Part shown: in pieces, positions 18,469 through 27,836 of the stretch
Position numbering within the stretch: position 1 is the stretch's first letter
Layout of the letters: each line of letters begins with the position of its first letter
Assembly: GCA_036822415.1 (NCBI GenBank)
Contig: DAISHS010000001.1
Location: 1-58,963, forward strand
Length of the DNA: 58,963 bases
Direction of reading: 5' to 3'
DNA from: Chloroflexota bacterium
GTDB taxonomy: Bacteria > Chloroflexota > Anaerolineae > SSC4 > Amarolineaceae
Position numbers and translations under genes: made by a program
Notes under the pieces: model-generated
Told to the model about the DNA's origin: nothing
Seen by the model: the letters and a program-made list of their open reading frames with translations, nothing else
Databases searched by the model: none

Positions 18469-20769
18469 ATGTTGCAACATTTGGACCTGACAACCTTCGA
18501 GACGTATTCTCTCTGGGGCGTCCTGGTCGTCGCCATCTTGGGCTTAGGTTATGCCCTGTTCCTGCGCCGTCAGGTATTGGCCGAGGACAAAGGCACGGCC
18601 AAGATGCAGGAAGTGTGGGAAGCGATCAAGCAAGGCGCGGATGCCTATCTGGGACGCCAGCTGCGTAGTATTCTGCCTTTTATCGGCCTGCTGACCATCG
18701 CCCTCTTCTTGAGCGTGTATATTGTGCCGCCGTCGCGAGAGGCGCTTGAGCGCTTCCCCGGCATGGATGCCAATTCGCTCAAGCTGTTGATCGGCATCGG
18801 CCGGGCCATCGCCTTCGTCATGGGCGCGGGCTTCAGCCTGGCAGTCGGGCAGATTGGGATGCGCATGGCGGTCGAGGCCAATGTGCGTGTGGCCGCCGAA
18901 TCGCGCAAGAGCTTTGGCGGCGCGCTGCGCATTGCCTACCGCGCCGGCACCATCACCGGCATGTTGACCGACGGACTTGGCCTGTTCGGCGGCACCATCA
19001 TCTTTATGATCTTTGGCGTCGCCGCGCCCGACGCCTTGCTCGGCTTTGGCTTTGGCGGCACGCTGCTGGCCTTGTTCATGCGCGTGGGCGGCGGTATCTA
19101 CACCAAAGCCGCTGACGTCGGCGCCGACCTGGTCGGCAAGGTGGAGCAGGATATTCCCGAAGATGATCCGCGCAACGCGGCCGTGATCGCCGACCTGGTC
19201 GGCGACAATGTCGGCGACTGCGCCGGTATGGCCGCCGACATCTTCGAGTCGTACGAAGTGACGATCGTCTCCGCCCTGATCCTGGGCCTGGCCCTGGTCG
19301 CGTCCACCAAACAGATCAACTGGATCATTTACCCCTTGCTGGTGCGCGGCATCGGTGTGCTTTCTTCGATCATCGGCACCTACCTGGTCAAGGCTGGCCC
19401 CGGCAAGTCGGGCGACGCCATGGCCGCGATCTTCCGCGGCTTCCTGACCTCAGCCGCCATTTCCACCGTGCTGTTCATGATCGTGGCCTTCTTCTACATG
19501 CAGAACGTGCCTGGCGGTTGGTGGCGGCCTTTCCTTTCCACCAGCGTCGGCGTGCTGTTGGCCATCGTCCTCGACCGCCTGACCGACTACTTCACCGGCA
19601 CCGAAGGCGCGCCCGTCAAGGAAATCCGCGCTTCCACGGGCGGCGGACCGGCTACCACCATTCTGTCCGGTTTGGGTGTCGGTTATGAGTCCACCGTGTG
19701 GGCCGCCATCGTCATTGCCCTGACCATTCTGGCCTCGGTCTTGATCTACTCCGGTATGGGCGTGGCCTATATTCTGTACGGCGTCGCCTTGACCGGCATC
19801 GGCATGTTGACCCTCACCGGTAACAATGTGGCCATGGACTCCTTCGGCCCCATTTCCGACAACGCCAATGGCATTGGCGAAATGGCCGGCCTGGACAAGG
19901 ATGCCCGCCAGATCATGGCTGACCTGGACGGCGTGGGTAACACCACCAAGGCCATCACGAAGGGTATTGCCATTGGCTCGGCCGTGATTGCCGCGGTTTC
20001 GCTCTTCGGCTCGTTCATCACCGACGTGACCAAGATTGACCCCACCGCGCTGGTCAACGGCATTCGCGTTTCGGAACCGAACGTTTTCATCGGCTTCCTG
20101 ATTGGCGGCGCGGTGCCGTGGCTCTTCTCGGCCCTGGCGATCAAGGCGGTGGCGCGCGCCGCGGGCCTGATTGTCGAAGAAGTGCGCCGCCAGTTCAAGA
20201 TTCCGGGCCTGATGGAAGGCAAGGTCAAGCCGGACTATCGCCAGGCTGTGACCATTTCCACCGTGGCCGCGCAGGGCGAACTGGTCAATCTGGCGCTGCT
20301 GGCGATCATCACGCCAGTGGTGGTTGGCCTGGCGCTGCAGGTTGAGGCGTTGGGCGGCTTCCTGGCCGGCATCATCCTGTCTGGCCAGCTGCTGGCTGTC
20401 TTCATGGCCAGCGCGGGCGGCGCCTGGGACAATGCCAAGAAGACGATCGAAGATGAGCCGCGCAACCTGGCCAAGAATACGGGCAAAGGCTCAGAACGCC
20501 ACAAGGCGAGCGTCGTGGGCGACACGGTTGGCGATCCGTTGAAGGACACGGCCGGCCCGGCGCTCAATCCGATGATCAAGGTGATCAACCTGGTCAGCCT
20601 GATCATTGCGCCGATCATTGTCCAGTACAAGGAACTCAATCTTGTCACCGGCGTGATGATTGTGGCCGGCTTGCTCATCATTGGTTGGGCCGTGCGGCGC
20701 AGCCGCAAGGGCGGCGATTTTGCCAGCAGCACGGCTGCCGTCGCGACAAACAAGGGTGCGAAGAAGTAA
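18469..20769 (+). CDS. hppA: Membrane-bound pyrophosphatase, predicted K+-independent H+-pumping type
   Basis: DVGADLVGKVE, DNVGDCAGMAADIFE, GGAWDNAKK, GDTVGDPLKDTAGP; GNTTK (Lys) signature. Confidence 0.95.
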   Translation: MLQHLDLTTFETYSLWGVLVVAILGLGYALFLRRQVLAEDKGTAKMQEVWEAIKQGADAYLGRQLRSILPFIGLLTIALFLSVYIVPPSREALERFPGMDANSLKLLIGIGRAIAFVMGAGFSLAVGQIGMRMAVEANVRVAAESRKSFGGALRIAYRAGTITGMLTDGLGLFGGTIIFMIFGVAAPDALLGFGFGGTLLALFMRVGGGIYTKAADVGADLVGKVEQDIPEDDPRNAAVIADLVGDNVGDCAGMAADIFESYEVTIVSALILGLALVASTKQINWIIYPLLVRGIGVLSSIIGTYLVKAGPGKSGDAMAAIFRGFLTSAAISTVLFMIVAFFYMQNVPGGWWRPFLSTSVGVLLAIVLDRLTDYFTGTEGAPVKEIRASTGGGPATTILSGLGVGYESTVWAAIVIALTILASVLIYSGMGVAYILYGVALTGIGMLTLTGNNVAMDSFGPISDNANGIGEMAGLDKDARQIMADLDGVGNTTKAITKGIAIGSAVIAAVSLFGSFITDVTKIDPTALVNGIRVSEPNVFIGFLIGGAVPWLFSALAIKAVARAAGLIVEEVRRQFKIPGLMEGKVKPDYRQAVTISTVAAQGELVNLALLAIITPVVVGLALQVEALGGFLAGIILSGQLLAVFMASAGGAWDNAKKTIEDEPRNLAKNTGKGSERHKASVVGDTVGDPLKDTAGPALNPMIKVINLVSLIIAPIIVQYKELNLVTGVMIVAGLLIIGWAVRRSRKGGDFASSTAAVATNKGAKK

Positions 20770-20794
20770 ATCGCATACGATGAGTTGATTTGCA

Positions 20795-20894
20795 AGCAAA
20801 AAGGAGAGAGATCGGATCGAAGACGGGTCTGTACACCCATTTTCATCCGTTTGTTGCGCCCCAACAGGGGCGTCAACGCTCTCTCCTTTTTGCT
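20795..20894. other. Three-way-junction stem-loop structure after hppA (terminator or structured RNA)
   Basis: 16-bp outer inverted repeat AGCAAAAAGGAGAGAG / CTCTCTCCTTTTTGCT enclosing two hairpins. Confidence 0.55.
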
Positions 20895-21040
20895 GACTCG
20901 ATATGCCGTGTGTTCCTGGCTATCTGTCAGATTTCTTGAGTATACACTCTTCAGGCCACTACCACCATTGAGACCATTGACGTAGTTTCACCCATTGTGA
21001 CTGCGCGTGTCAACGGGTATCATGCTCATGGTCCCAAGCT

Positions 21041-21068
21041 GTTACAGAACCGTTACATCACATTAAGG
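21041..21068. promoter_or_regulatory. Putative OmpR-family operator, copy 1
   Basis: GTTACA-N5-GTTACA-N5-TTAAGG; same architecture at 24606-24633. Confidence 0.6.
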
Positions 21069-21158
21069 ATCGAGTAATAGGCTTGTTTCGTCGTAGGAGC
21101 GCCCCCATTCTTTGATTGGCGCCGCGTCCCTGCTATCATTAAGCGATCCTGGTCAATC

Positions 21159-21878
21159 ATGTCCAAACAAGTTTTGGTTGTTGATGATGAATTAGCCATT
21201 GTTCACGCTCTGCATAATGTACTGACACAGGCGGGCTACATGGTTTTTGCAGCACAGAGTGGGGAAGAAGCTCTGGCTACGCTCACCATGCACCAGGTTG
21301 ACCTGGTCGTTCTTGATATCATGTTGCCTGGCGTGGACGGGCTGGAAATCTGTCGCCGTGTACGGCAAGCGGAGCAGTATATTCCGGTGATCATGTTGAC
21401 GGCACGTGATGAACTGACCGATAAACTGATTGGTATCGAGGCTGGCGCCGATGCCTATCTGGCGAAGCCATTTGTGCCGCGCGAGCTGCTTGCTCATATC
21501 AAGGCGCTCTTTCGCCTGGTGGAGCATAGTCATCATCGCAGTGCGCGCGAGTTGCCTTTGGTTTGTGGGCCATTAACGGCATGGCCTTCACAACACCGTA
21601 TTGAATTGCGCAATCAAACGCTTGACTTGACCCCTACCGAGCAAGACCTGCTGCTGTGCCTGTTACGTGCCCCAGGCCGTGCTTTCGGGCGGGAAACGCT
21701 TTTGCGCCAGGTTTGGGGTTACATGTATGACGGCGATTCACGCACCGTAGACGTTCATATTCAGCGCCTGCGCGTCAAAGTGGAAAACGATCCTGCACAA
21801 CCCCAGCTCATTCGTACCGTACGTGGGTTTGGGTACCGCCTGGCTACGCCTGCGGAATTGGAAAGAACTGATCGCTAG
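21159..21878 (+). CDS. OmpR/PhoB-family response regulator
   Basis: VLVVDDE, LDIMLPG, GADAYLAKPF, RTVDVHIQRLRVK, TVRGFGYR. Confidence 0.95.
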   Translation: MSKQVLVVDDELAIVHALHNVLTQAGYMVFAAQSGEEALATLTMHQVDLVVLDIMLPGVDGLEICRRVRQAEQYIPVIMLTARDELTDKLIGIEAGADAYLAKPFVPRELLAHIKALFRLVEHSHHRSARELPLVCGPLTAWPSQHRIELRNQTLDLTPTEQDLLLCLLRAPGRAFGRETLLRQVWGYMYDGDSRTVDVHIQRLRVKVENDPAQPQLIRTVRGFGYRLATPAELERTDR

Positions 21879-21888
21879 GACTTTCCCC

Positions 21889-23013
21889 ATGTTGATCTTA
21901 CTTGAGCTCAGAGTCGTGCTGTTACTGCTGCTCGCTCTTGTTCTAGTCGTATCTGGTGGCATCTGGTGGGCGTGGCGTAGACGCCTGACCACGAATCATG
22001 TTTCACAAACTTTGTCAAACGCGATATTCGACTCTGCGCCCATTGGTATCCTCCTATTTCGAACTTCGCAAGACTGTCACTATCTGAATGCTGCGGCCCA
22101 CCATCTGCTAGAACTACCAGCGGCGCCGTTTGCACTGACAATTGCGGATGGTTCATCCTGGATGACACTGTTACATCAGGACATGATGGAATGTCTTCGT
22201 TCATCTGATTCTGTTGGCTCCACGCGCCAGATCACGTTGTCACTAACTCGCCGCGTTCAATGGCTGGTGCAACGACATGATAACCAGTGCATTGTGTTTG
22301 TTACGGACGTCAGCCAATCTTGGCAGATTAGCCAGGCCTATCATGCTTTTGTCAATAGCCTGGCCCACGAGACGCGCACACCTCTGACCTCTATCCTGGC
22401 TCACGCTGATTTACTAGAGAATCCCGACATGACAGCTGCGGCAAGCGAGGCCTCGCGCAAGGTGATTCAACGAGAAGCCCGACGCCTGGCGCGGCTGGTG
22501 CAGGGATTGGTTGAGTTGACGCGTCTTGACATGACAGCTGACCTGGCCCAACACCCCGTAGACCTGGTGGTGTTGGCCGAAAGTGCAGTTGCCCAGATGA
22601 TTCCCCTGGCGGAGCAACGTCAGATTGAGATATCCTTTCACGCCGCTACACCGTTACCGCACATCTTGGGGGATGCGGACCAACTGATGAGAGTCTTCCT
22701 GAACGTGTTGGACAATGCCATCAAATATGGTCGGCCTGGTGACCAGGTTGACGTCGCCTTGAGTCGTAAAGAGACCAGCATTGCCTGCACGATCAGCGAT
22801 ACCGGGCCTGGAATTGCAGCAGAGCACCTGCCGTTTGTCAGTCAACGGTTGTATCGTGGCCGTCACGATGTCGAGGGGAATGGACTTGGGCTTGCCCTTG
22901 CACAAGAGATCTTGCACAAACATCAAAGTGGTCTGGAGATTGAAAGTCAGACAGGGGGGCCAACGACTGGTACTACTGTTCGCTTCGTTTTGAAGCTCGT
23001 TGCGTATCCTTGA
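21889..23013 (+). CDS. Sensor histidine kinase (single TM, PAS-like, HisKA, HATPase)
   Basis: LAHETRTPL, NVLDNAIKY, DTGPGI, GNGLGLA. Confidence 0.9.
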   Translation: MLILLELRVVLLLLLALVLVVSGGIWWAWRRRLTTNHVSQTLSNAIFDSAPIGILLFRTSQDCHYLNAAAHHLLELPAAPFALTIADGSSWMTLLHQDMMECLRSSDSVGSTRQITLSLTRRVQWLVQRHDNQCIVFVTDVSQSWQISQAYHAFVNSLAHETRTPLTSILAHADLLENPDMTAAASEASRKVIQREARRLARLVQGLVELTRLDMTADLAQHPVDLVVLAESAVAQMIPLAEQRQIEISFHAATPLPHILGDADQLMRVFLNVLDNAIKYGRPGDQVDVALSRKETSIACTISDTGPGIAAEHLPFVSQRLYRGRHDVEGNGLGLALAQEILHKHQSGLEIESQTGGPTTGTTVRFVLKLVAYP

Positions 23014-23035
23014 ATTTGTATTGGAGTGCGACATC

Positions 23036-24502
23036 GTGAACACTCGGCTTGTTCTGCGCATACTGCTTGTCATTGGACTTGGCGGTATTGTATTCTTGCT
23101 CGTGCGTGTTTCAGGCTATATCATCATCGCTCCCGGGTATCCGATTGATCAGGCAACATGGCCACGCATCTCACTTACGGCTAAGTCAGGCGCGTCTCTT
23201 TCATCATTGGAGATTAACGTTTCTGACATCGTTCCCTGGTCAAACGTTTTGCTTACCCTGGATGATCGGCCATTGGCGATTGATACCTGGCACAAGAATC
23301 CTGGTTTGGATAGCTGGACGTGGATCTGGCGTACTTCTGTTCCATCGGAACGGGCCTATCAACTCGTTTTCTATCATGACTGTCACACCGGTTGTGTGGA
23401 ACGGGGGCGCTTATCAGTCTCTCCTGCCTGGGTTACGCCCGCACCCGCGCTCATGCGACGACCAACGAAACTTGGCGTTGTCTTTGCCAATCCGCTGCGA
23501 AACTGGCATCAGCGTAGCGGATGGGATGTGGAGTTGACGTATGCCACCCAGGCAAGCCCAGGATATACGATTGATGAGTTAGCAACGCGTGTCCAACGCG
23601 CAAATGAAAGTGGGTTGCGAGTACTCATACGCGTAGATTATCAGAAAGGACAGAGCATTCCGCCGCGTGAAGATGAAGCGGCGTTGGCGGAATACCTGAT
23701 CTATGTTCGACGTCTGGCGCGTGACGCTCGTTTGCATAACGTCTACGCCTTCGTCATTGGCAGCGGCTATAATGAACAGGGCAGCAATCAACTGGCAGGC
23801 GGCAAAATGGTCACACCTGACTGGTATGCACGTGTTTTCAATGGGTATGGTATCGAAGCAAACCGTACAGACAACGTTATTCAGGTGATACATCAAGAAT
23901 ACCCAACCGTGCGCGTTTTGGTCGGACCGGTGCGCCCCTGGAATCGGGATCAAGATGGAAAACTGACATGGGTGATTGATGCGCCCTGGTTGAATTACAT
24001 GAACACTCTTGTCTACACTGTCAGTCAGGCTGCGCAAGAGAAAGCCACTGCCGGGATACCACTGGCCAGCCCGGATGGTTTTGCTATCCAGGCTTCCGGT
24101 CGGCCAGAAGCGCCTGACCTTGCCGGCCAGGACCGGGCGCTGGAGCCAGCCACTGATCTGCGCCAGCCCTCATGGAACGGCGCTCAGACTGGTTTTCGCG
24201 TTTACCAGGATTGGCTCGCAATTATCAACACAAACCCGACCACGCGTGGATTGCCAGTTTTCATTACTTCTACGAATACTTTTACGGCCGATACCAATGT
24301 ACAACCGGCTCGAAACTACCCGTCCGGCTGGTTGACCCATGCGCTGACCGAGGTCAATGTCAAACCTCAGATCGTAGCTCTGTGTTGGTTCATAGATGAT
24401 CTGCCCGACGCACAGTGGGACGAGTTTAGCCTGAGCAAGCAAACCGGGAACCTGAGCAGCGCAGCGAGAGAATTTGAAGCGCTCTTGCAGATGATGCCAT
24501 AG
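23036..24502 (+). CDS. Membrane-anchored extracellular protein, possibly with a GH-like TIM-barrel domain
   Basis: N-terminal TM; LRVLIRVDY, VIGSGYNE, LPVFITSTN and ALCWF segments resemble clan GH-A strands; GTG start after GGAG. Confidence 0.6.
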   Translation: MNTRLVLRILLVIGLGGIVFLLVRVSGYIIIAPGYPIDQATWPRISLTAKSGASLSSLEINVSDIVPWSNVLLTLDDRPLAIDTWHKNPGLDSWTWIWRTSVPSERAYQLVFYHDCHTGCVERGRLSVSPAWVTPAPALMRRPTKLGVVFANPLRNWHQRSGWDVELTYATQASPGYTIDELATRVQRANESGLRVLIRVDYQKGQSIPPREDEAALAEYLIYVRRLARDARLHNVYAFVIGSGYNEQGSNQLAGGKMVTPDWYARVFNGYGIEANRTDNVIQVIHQEYPTVRVLVGPVRPWNRDQDGKLTWVIDAPWLNYMNTLVYTVSQAAQEKATAGIPLASPDGFAIQASGRPEAPDLAGQDRALEPATDLRQPSWNGAQTGFRVYQDWLAIINTNPTTRGLPVFITSTNTFTADTNVQPARNYPSGWLTHALTEVNVKPQIVALCWFIDDLPDAQWDEFSLSKQTGNLSSAAREFEALLQMMP

Positions 24503-24544
24503 ACGCTTCGCCTGCTTCCATTCCTAACAGCATTCCAGCATAAC

Positions 24545-24580
24545 AAAAGACGCGATGGGTCACCCACCGCGTCTTTTTAT
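24545..24580 (+). terminator. Intrinsic terminator
   Basis: AAAAGACGCG...CGCGTCTTTTT. Confidence 0.7.
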
Positions 24581-24594
24581 TTTGATACACAAAT

Positions 24595-24633
24595 GATGCA
24601 GAACCGTTACAGATCTGTGACATTGGTTTAAGG
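24595..24633. promoter_or_regulatory. Putative OmpR-family operator, copy 2
   Basis: GATGCA-N5-GTTACA-N5-GTGACA-N5-TTAAGG; shares CAGAACCGTTACA with copy 1. Confidence 0.6.
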
Positions 24634-24723
24634 TTCGAAGCGCATCCTGATGACCAGGATCAAAACACGAAACATATAAGGATTCTTTGATCCTTCACAG
24701 ATTTCTGAAAGGAGACATACAGT

Positions 24724-24798
24724 ATGCGCGAATCTAAGTCAATTTGCTGGACCAATCTGACGACACGAGGGAAAACAACGTGCTTCTTGACGATGTTG
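24724..24798 (+). pseudogene. 5' fragment of a gene interrupted by the cassette insertion
   Basis: AAAGGAG RBS, then MRESKSICWTNLTTRGKTTCFLTML running into G|TTAGGC. Confidence 0.45.
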
Positions 24799-24995
24799 TT
24801 AGGCGGCCCTATCGTGTGCCCTATTCAGGCTCGAGACTTTAGAGACACCTTAGACGACTGTTCCTAGCCTGTATAAGTATGGATGTCCGGCTTCTTAACT
24901 TCGTTACATCTGGCATCTACCTGTGCATCAGGACAGCTACGTAATAGCTATGCTGAAAGAACTTGATCTTGTTAAACAGACAGAAGGAGGCCAAA

Positions 24996-26144
24996 ATGTT
25001 ACTCAATCTCAAAGTTATTCGTTCGATGACAGCCTTTGCAATGATTGTGCTGTTGCTTGCTACTCCTTTCGGGAGTTCAACAACGACCCTTGCTGCACCA
25101 ATTCTGGACGGTGAAGGTCCTGTTGCTTCGCGCGACCAAGTGCTTGCTGACAGCGCAGCCGCCTACGCCTTGACCGTCGGAGTAGATATCAAAGAGGCAA
25201 TGTTCCGCCTCGAGTTACAAGACAGTATCGGTAATCTCGAGGCTACATTAGCTGAAAAAGAGGCGGCAATCTATGCTGGCCTCCAGGTACAACATCAGCC
25301 CGACTTTAGAATCATCGTACGCCTCACTAAAGTCGACAAGGGGGTACTAACGCCTTATCTTATCGACGCGACACTAAGCAAGTTGATTGAGTTGCGCGAA
25401 GTGACGTTTACCATCAAGGAACTGGAATTTGCGCGTGCTCAGGAGGCCGAAGTGGTAGCTAAGCTTGGAATACGATTTAGTTCCGGCATCAGCGTCAGCG
25501 AGAACATAGCGGAGTTGTACGTCCTTGATGAGAAGCAACTAACCACCGCTATTCACAATATGAATGTTGAATTACCCCCACAGGTGAGAATTGTTCGCGT
25601 TGACGAACTTCCACAGGATGTTGTCGATATTTATGGCGGTTTGGCTCTTTCGACATGTACAAGTGGATTTTCAGTGCGTAAGGCGACCACAGGCGATAAA
25701 GGTGTTACCACAGCCGGACACTGCCAAGACGGGCAATCTTGGAACGGTTATACGCTATCTTGGATGGGGGGAACGACCGGAGGTGTGTACGACATTCAGT
25801 GGCATCTTGCGGCTTACCCTCTAAACGCCAGGAACTTGGTCTGGACCGGAAGTTACGCACAGGCGATTTACTTCGTCAAGTTCCGTGCTAGCCAGTACGT
25901 TGGCGAGTATGTTTGCAAGTTTGGAAAGACCACTGGTTTCGCGTGCGGCTTCATTCAGGACAAGAACTTTGACGGTGTGAATGTTCGTGTAAATGTAAAT
26001 GTAGAAGGTGGAGACAGTGGAGGGCCATGGTTCCAGAATAACGTGGCCTATGGCACTACTATTTCGAAGTATGGCAATCAAGCCATTTACGGGCCTGTAG
26101 ACCATATCTACAATATCCTTGGCGTGAGCATCCTCACCAACTAA
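24996..26144 (+). CDS. Secreted S1-family serine protease (alpha-lytic/streptogrisin-like) with prodomain
   Basis: Signal peptide; CTSGF, TAGHC, VCKFGKTTG, GDSGGP; AGGAGG RBS. Confidence 0.9.
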   Translation: MLLNLKVIRSMTAFAMIVLLLATPFGSSTTTLAAPILDGEGPVASRDQVLADSAAAYALTVGVDIKEAMFRLELQDSIGNLEATLAEKEAAIYAGLQVQHQPDFRIIVRLTKVDKGVLTPYLIDATLSKLIELREVTFTIKELEFARAQEAEVVAKLGIRFSSGISVSENIAELYVLDEKQLTTAIHNMNVELPPQVRIVRVDELPQDVVDIYGGLALSTCTSGFSVRKATTGDKGVTTAGHCQDGQSWNGYTLSWMGGTTGGVYDIQWHLAAYPLNARNLVWTGSYAQAIYFVKFRASQYVGEYVCKFGKTTGFACGFIQDKNFDGVNVRVNVNVEGGDSGGPWFQNNVAYGTTISKYGNQAIYGPVDHIYNILGVSILTN

Positions 26145-26216
26145 CCGATAGGTTTGCATCTGCATGGCTGTAATAGGTCGCATTTGCCCCGTTACAGTCA
26201 TGCACTGTGAGGGACT

Positions 26217-26654
26217 ATGAAGAAAGTCGCTTGTTTTATTTTGGTATTACTTAGTTTAGCAGCATGTGGCACAAAACCCGATGAGCCCCAAGTGACTACT
26301 TCCGTTGCAACGCCGCCGATTATTGCGACGCGTTTGTTGGCTGAGATGGTTGGCAAACTCACGATAGACAATGACTGCCTACGAATTAATGATTACTTGC
26401 TTGTGTGGCCGCCCGATTTTACCGTAGACATCAAAGAAGACATGATTGAGATCAGCGACGAGCTCACAGGCGAGAAGGTCGTATGGCGCAGTGGAGAGAC
26501 AGTGCAAGTTGGAGGCGGCGAAGTATCGTATCTTGCTCTGGATGAGCAATTACGCCAACGCATTCCCGCACATTGCTCGAAAGGTGGGTCAGGCGCTTTC
26601 TGGCTTATGGGGGACATAGCAGTTCCAGCTACAGTTACACCAGCGGCTAAATAA
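26217..26654 (+). CDS. Hypothetical lipoprotein
   Basis: LAAC lipobox; GKLTIDNDCL..LLVWP..GETVQVGGG. Confidence 0.8.
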   Translation: MKKVACFILVLLSLAACGTKPDEPQVTTSVATPPIIATRLLAEMVGKLTIDNDCLRINDYLLVWPPDFTVDIKEDMIEISDELTGEKVVWRSGETVQVGGGEVSYLALDEQLRQRIPAHCSKGGSGAFWLMGDIAVPATVTPAAK

Positions 26655-26663
26655 CAAGTCATT

Positions 26664-26793
26664 GCCGCCCAACCCCATGCGCAGTCGACTCGCGCTCCGC
26701 GCTTGTTTTGCGGGCTGGTCTGGTTCGCAAAGGTTCGGGTGGGCGACTGGATCTTTCCAGACCTGCGCCAGCGGCTGACGCCTATCATTAAGC
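26664..26793 (+). other. Degenerate attC recombination site
   Basis: R'' GCCCAAC, 5-nt spacer, L''-like GCGCAGTCGAC ... L'-like GCGGCTGAC, R' ATTAAGC (G>A); directly after the lipoprotein stop. Confidence 0.6.
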
Positions 26794-26837
26794 GGGCGTC
26801 CTGACGGGAGTGCGAGAGTTGGCTCGGCTCTGTCCGT

Positions 26838-27062
26838 GTGAACAAAGCAGGTCAGGGTGTCAACTCGCGAGCATGGGTTCTACGCCACTTGGTCACCTAT
26901 GATGAAATCAATCGCGCCCAATGTAGCACAGCATACGCCGAAGGTCAGGTTAATTATTCTTTTTCCCATAATCACACAGTCAGTGACAGCTGGCTCGGTA
27001 AGATCGTCATTGCCCGATGTTTCAACTGGAAATACAGTGATCCGTCAGGTATGGTCAACTAG
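26838..27062 (+). pseudogene. Possible 3' remnant of the interrupted gene
   Basis: 74-codon ORF with no clear RBS, ending just before the RBS of the 27099 gene. Confidence 0.35.
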
Positions 27063-27098
27063 GCATCCTACAAACAGGTTCTTTGAAAGGAAGCAACC

Positions 27099-27791
27099 AT
27101 GCATCGTTCATATCGTTGGCTGTGGAGTTTTTGCTTGATTGTAGCTATCCTCGCCCTCGTTTTTGTCGTACAGACTCGAGTGGCTATGGTGGCTTCCCCC
27201 TATTTTGAGGGAGAAACCAGTTCGTTTCGTTACACAGGTCAAGGTCAGGCGAATGGGAATCTCTACGTAACGGTGAGTGTTGACTTCGATGATCCTGTGG
27301 CACGCGAGAACTACCTCGCTGCTAATCAGCAGCGCGGGCAAGTGCTGTTAGCGCAAGACACGATGTACCCGTTACCGCTACAGATTACGTTCGCTGCGCC
27401 AGTCTCGCTGCAAGATGCTCGAACCCTTGTATCGGAGACCCATGTTCAGGTAAACAGCTTCGCTCTTGTTGGTAGATCGTCGCTGGATGGCAAGAAGCGC
27501 GGCGGCCATTGGGAATTTGGCGGACTTGACCGGGCTGTCGCAGAGGTACGAAGCATGGACCCGGCGACCGTCACCGGCGAACAACTCGTTCTGGCAGGCG
27601 TCATGGTTATCCAGGGCGCGGTAACTGATGCCTCAGGCCTGGCTCGCCTCCTTGCCGATCCCCGTATCTATCTGGTGGACACGTCTGAGGTTGAATTACG
27701 CACGTTGATTGCCCAACGACACCGAACCGAGAGCGCCAGCAAAGACCTGGACATTAGCGTTCCCTCTCCATTTTGGAGTTTGGATTGGTAA
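27099..27791 (+). CDS. Hypothetical membrane-anchored or secreted protein
   Basis: N-terminal hydrophobic helix; AAAGGAAG RBS. Confidence 0.75.
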   Translation: MHRSYRWLWSFCLIVAILALVFVVQTRVAMVASPYFEGETSSFRYTGQGQANGNLYVTVSVDFDDPVARENYLAANQQRGQVLLAQDTMYPLPLQITFAAPVSLQDARTLVSETHVQVNSFALVGRSSLDGKKRGGHWEFGGLDRAVAEVRSMDPATVTGEQLVLAGVMVIQGAVTDASGLARLLADPRIYLVDTSEVELRTLIAQRHRTESASKDLDISVPSPFWSLDW

Positions 27792-27836
27792 AATGCCGAT
27801 CACCGCACGGGTGAACGATAAGTCTCGGTTTGTGGA

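Larger units (their letters stand above)
24799..26787 (+). mobile_element. Solitary integron-type gene cassette (protease + lipoprotein)
   Basis: Begins G|TTAGGCGGC; ends in an attC-like site whose GCCGCCCAAC is 9/10 complementary to that start; rejoined target reads GTTAAGC (GTTRRRY). Confidence 0.65.
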
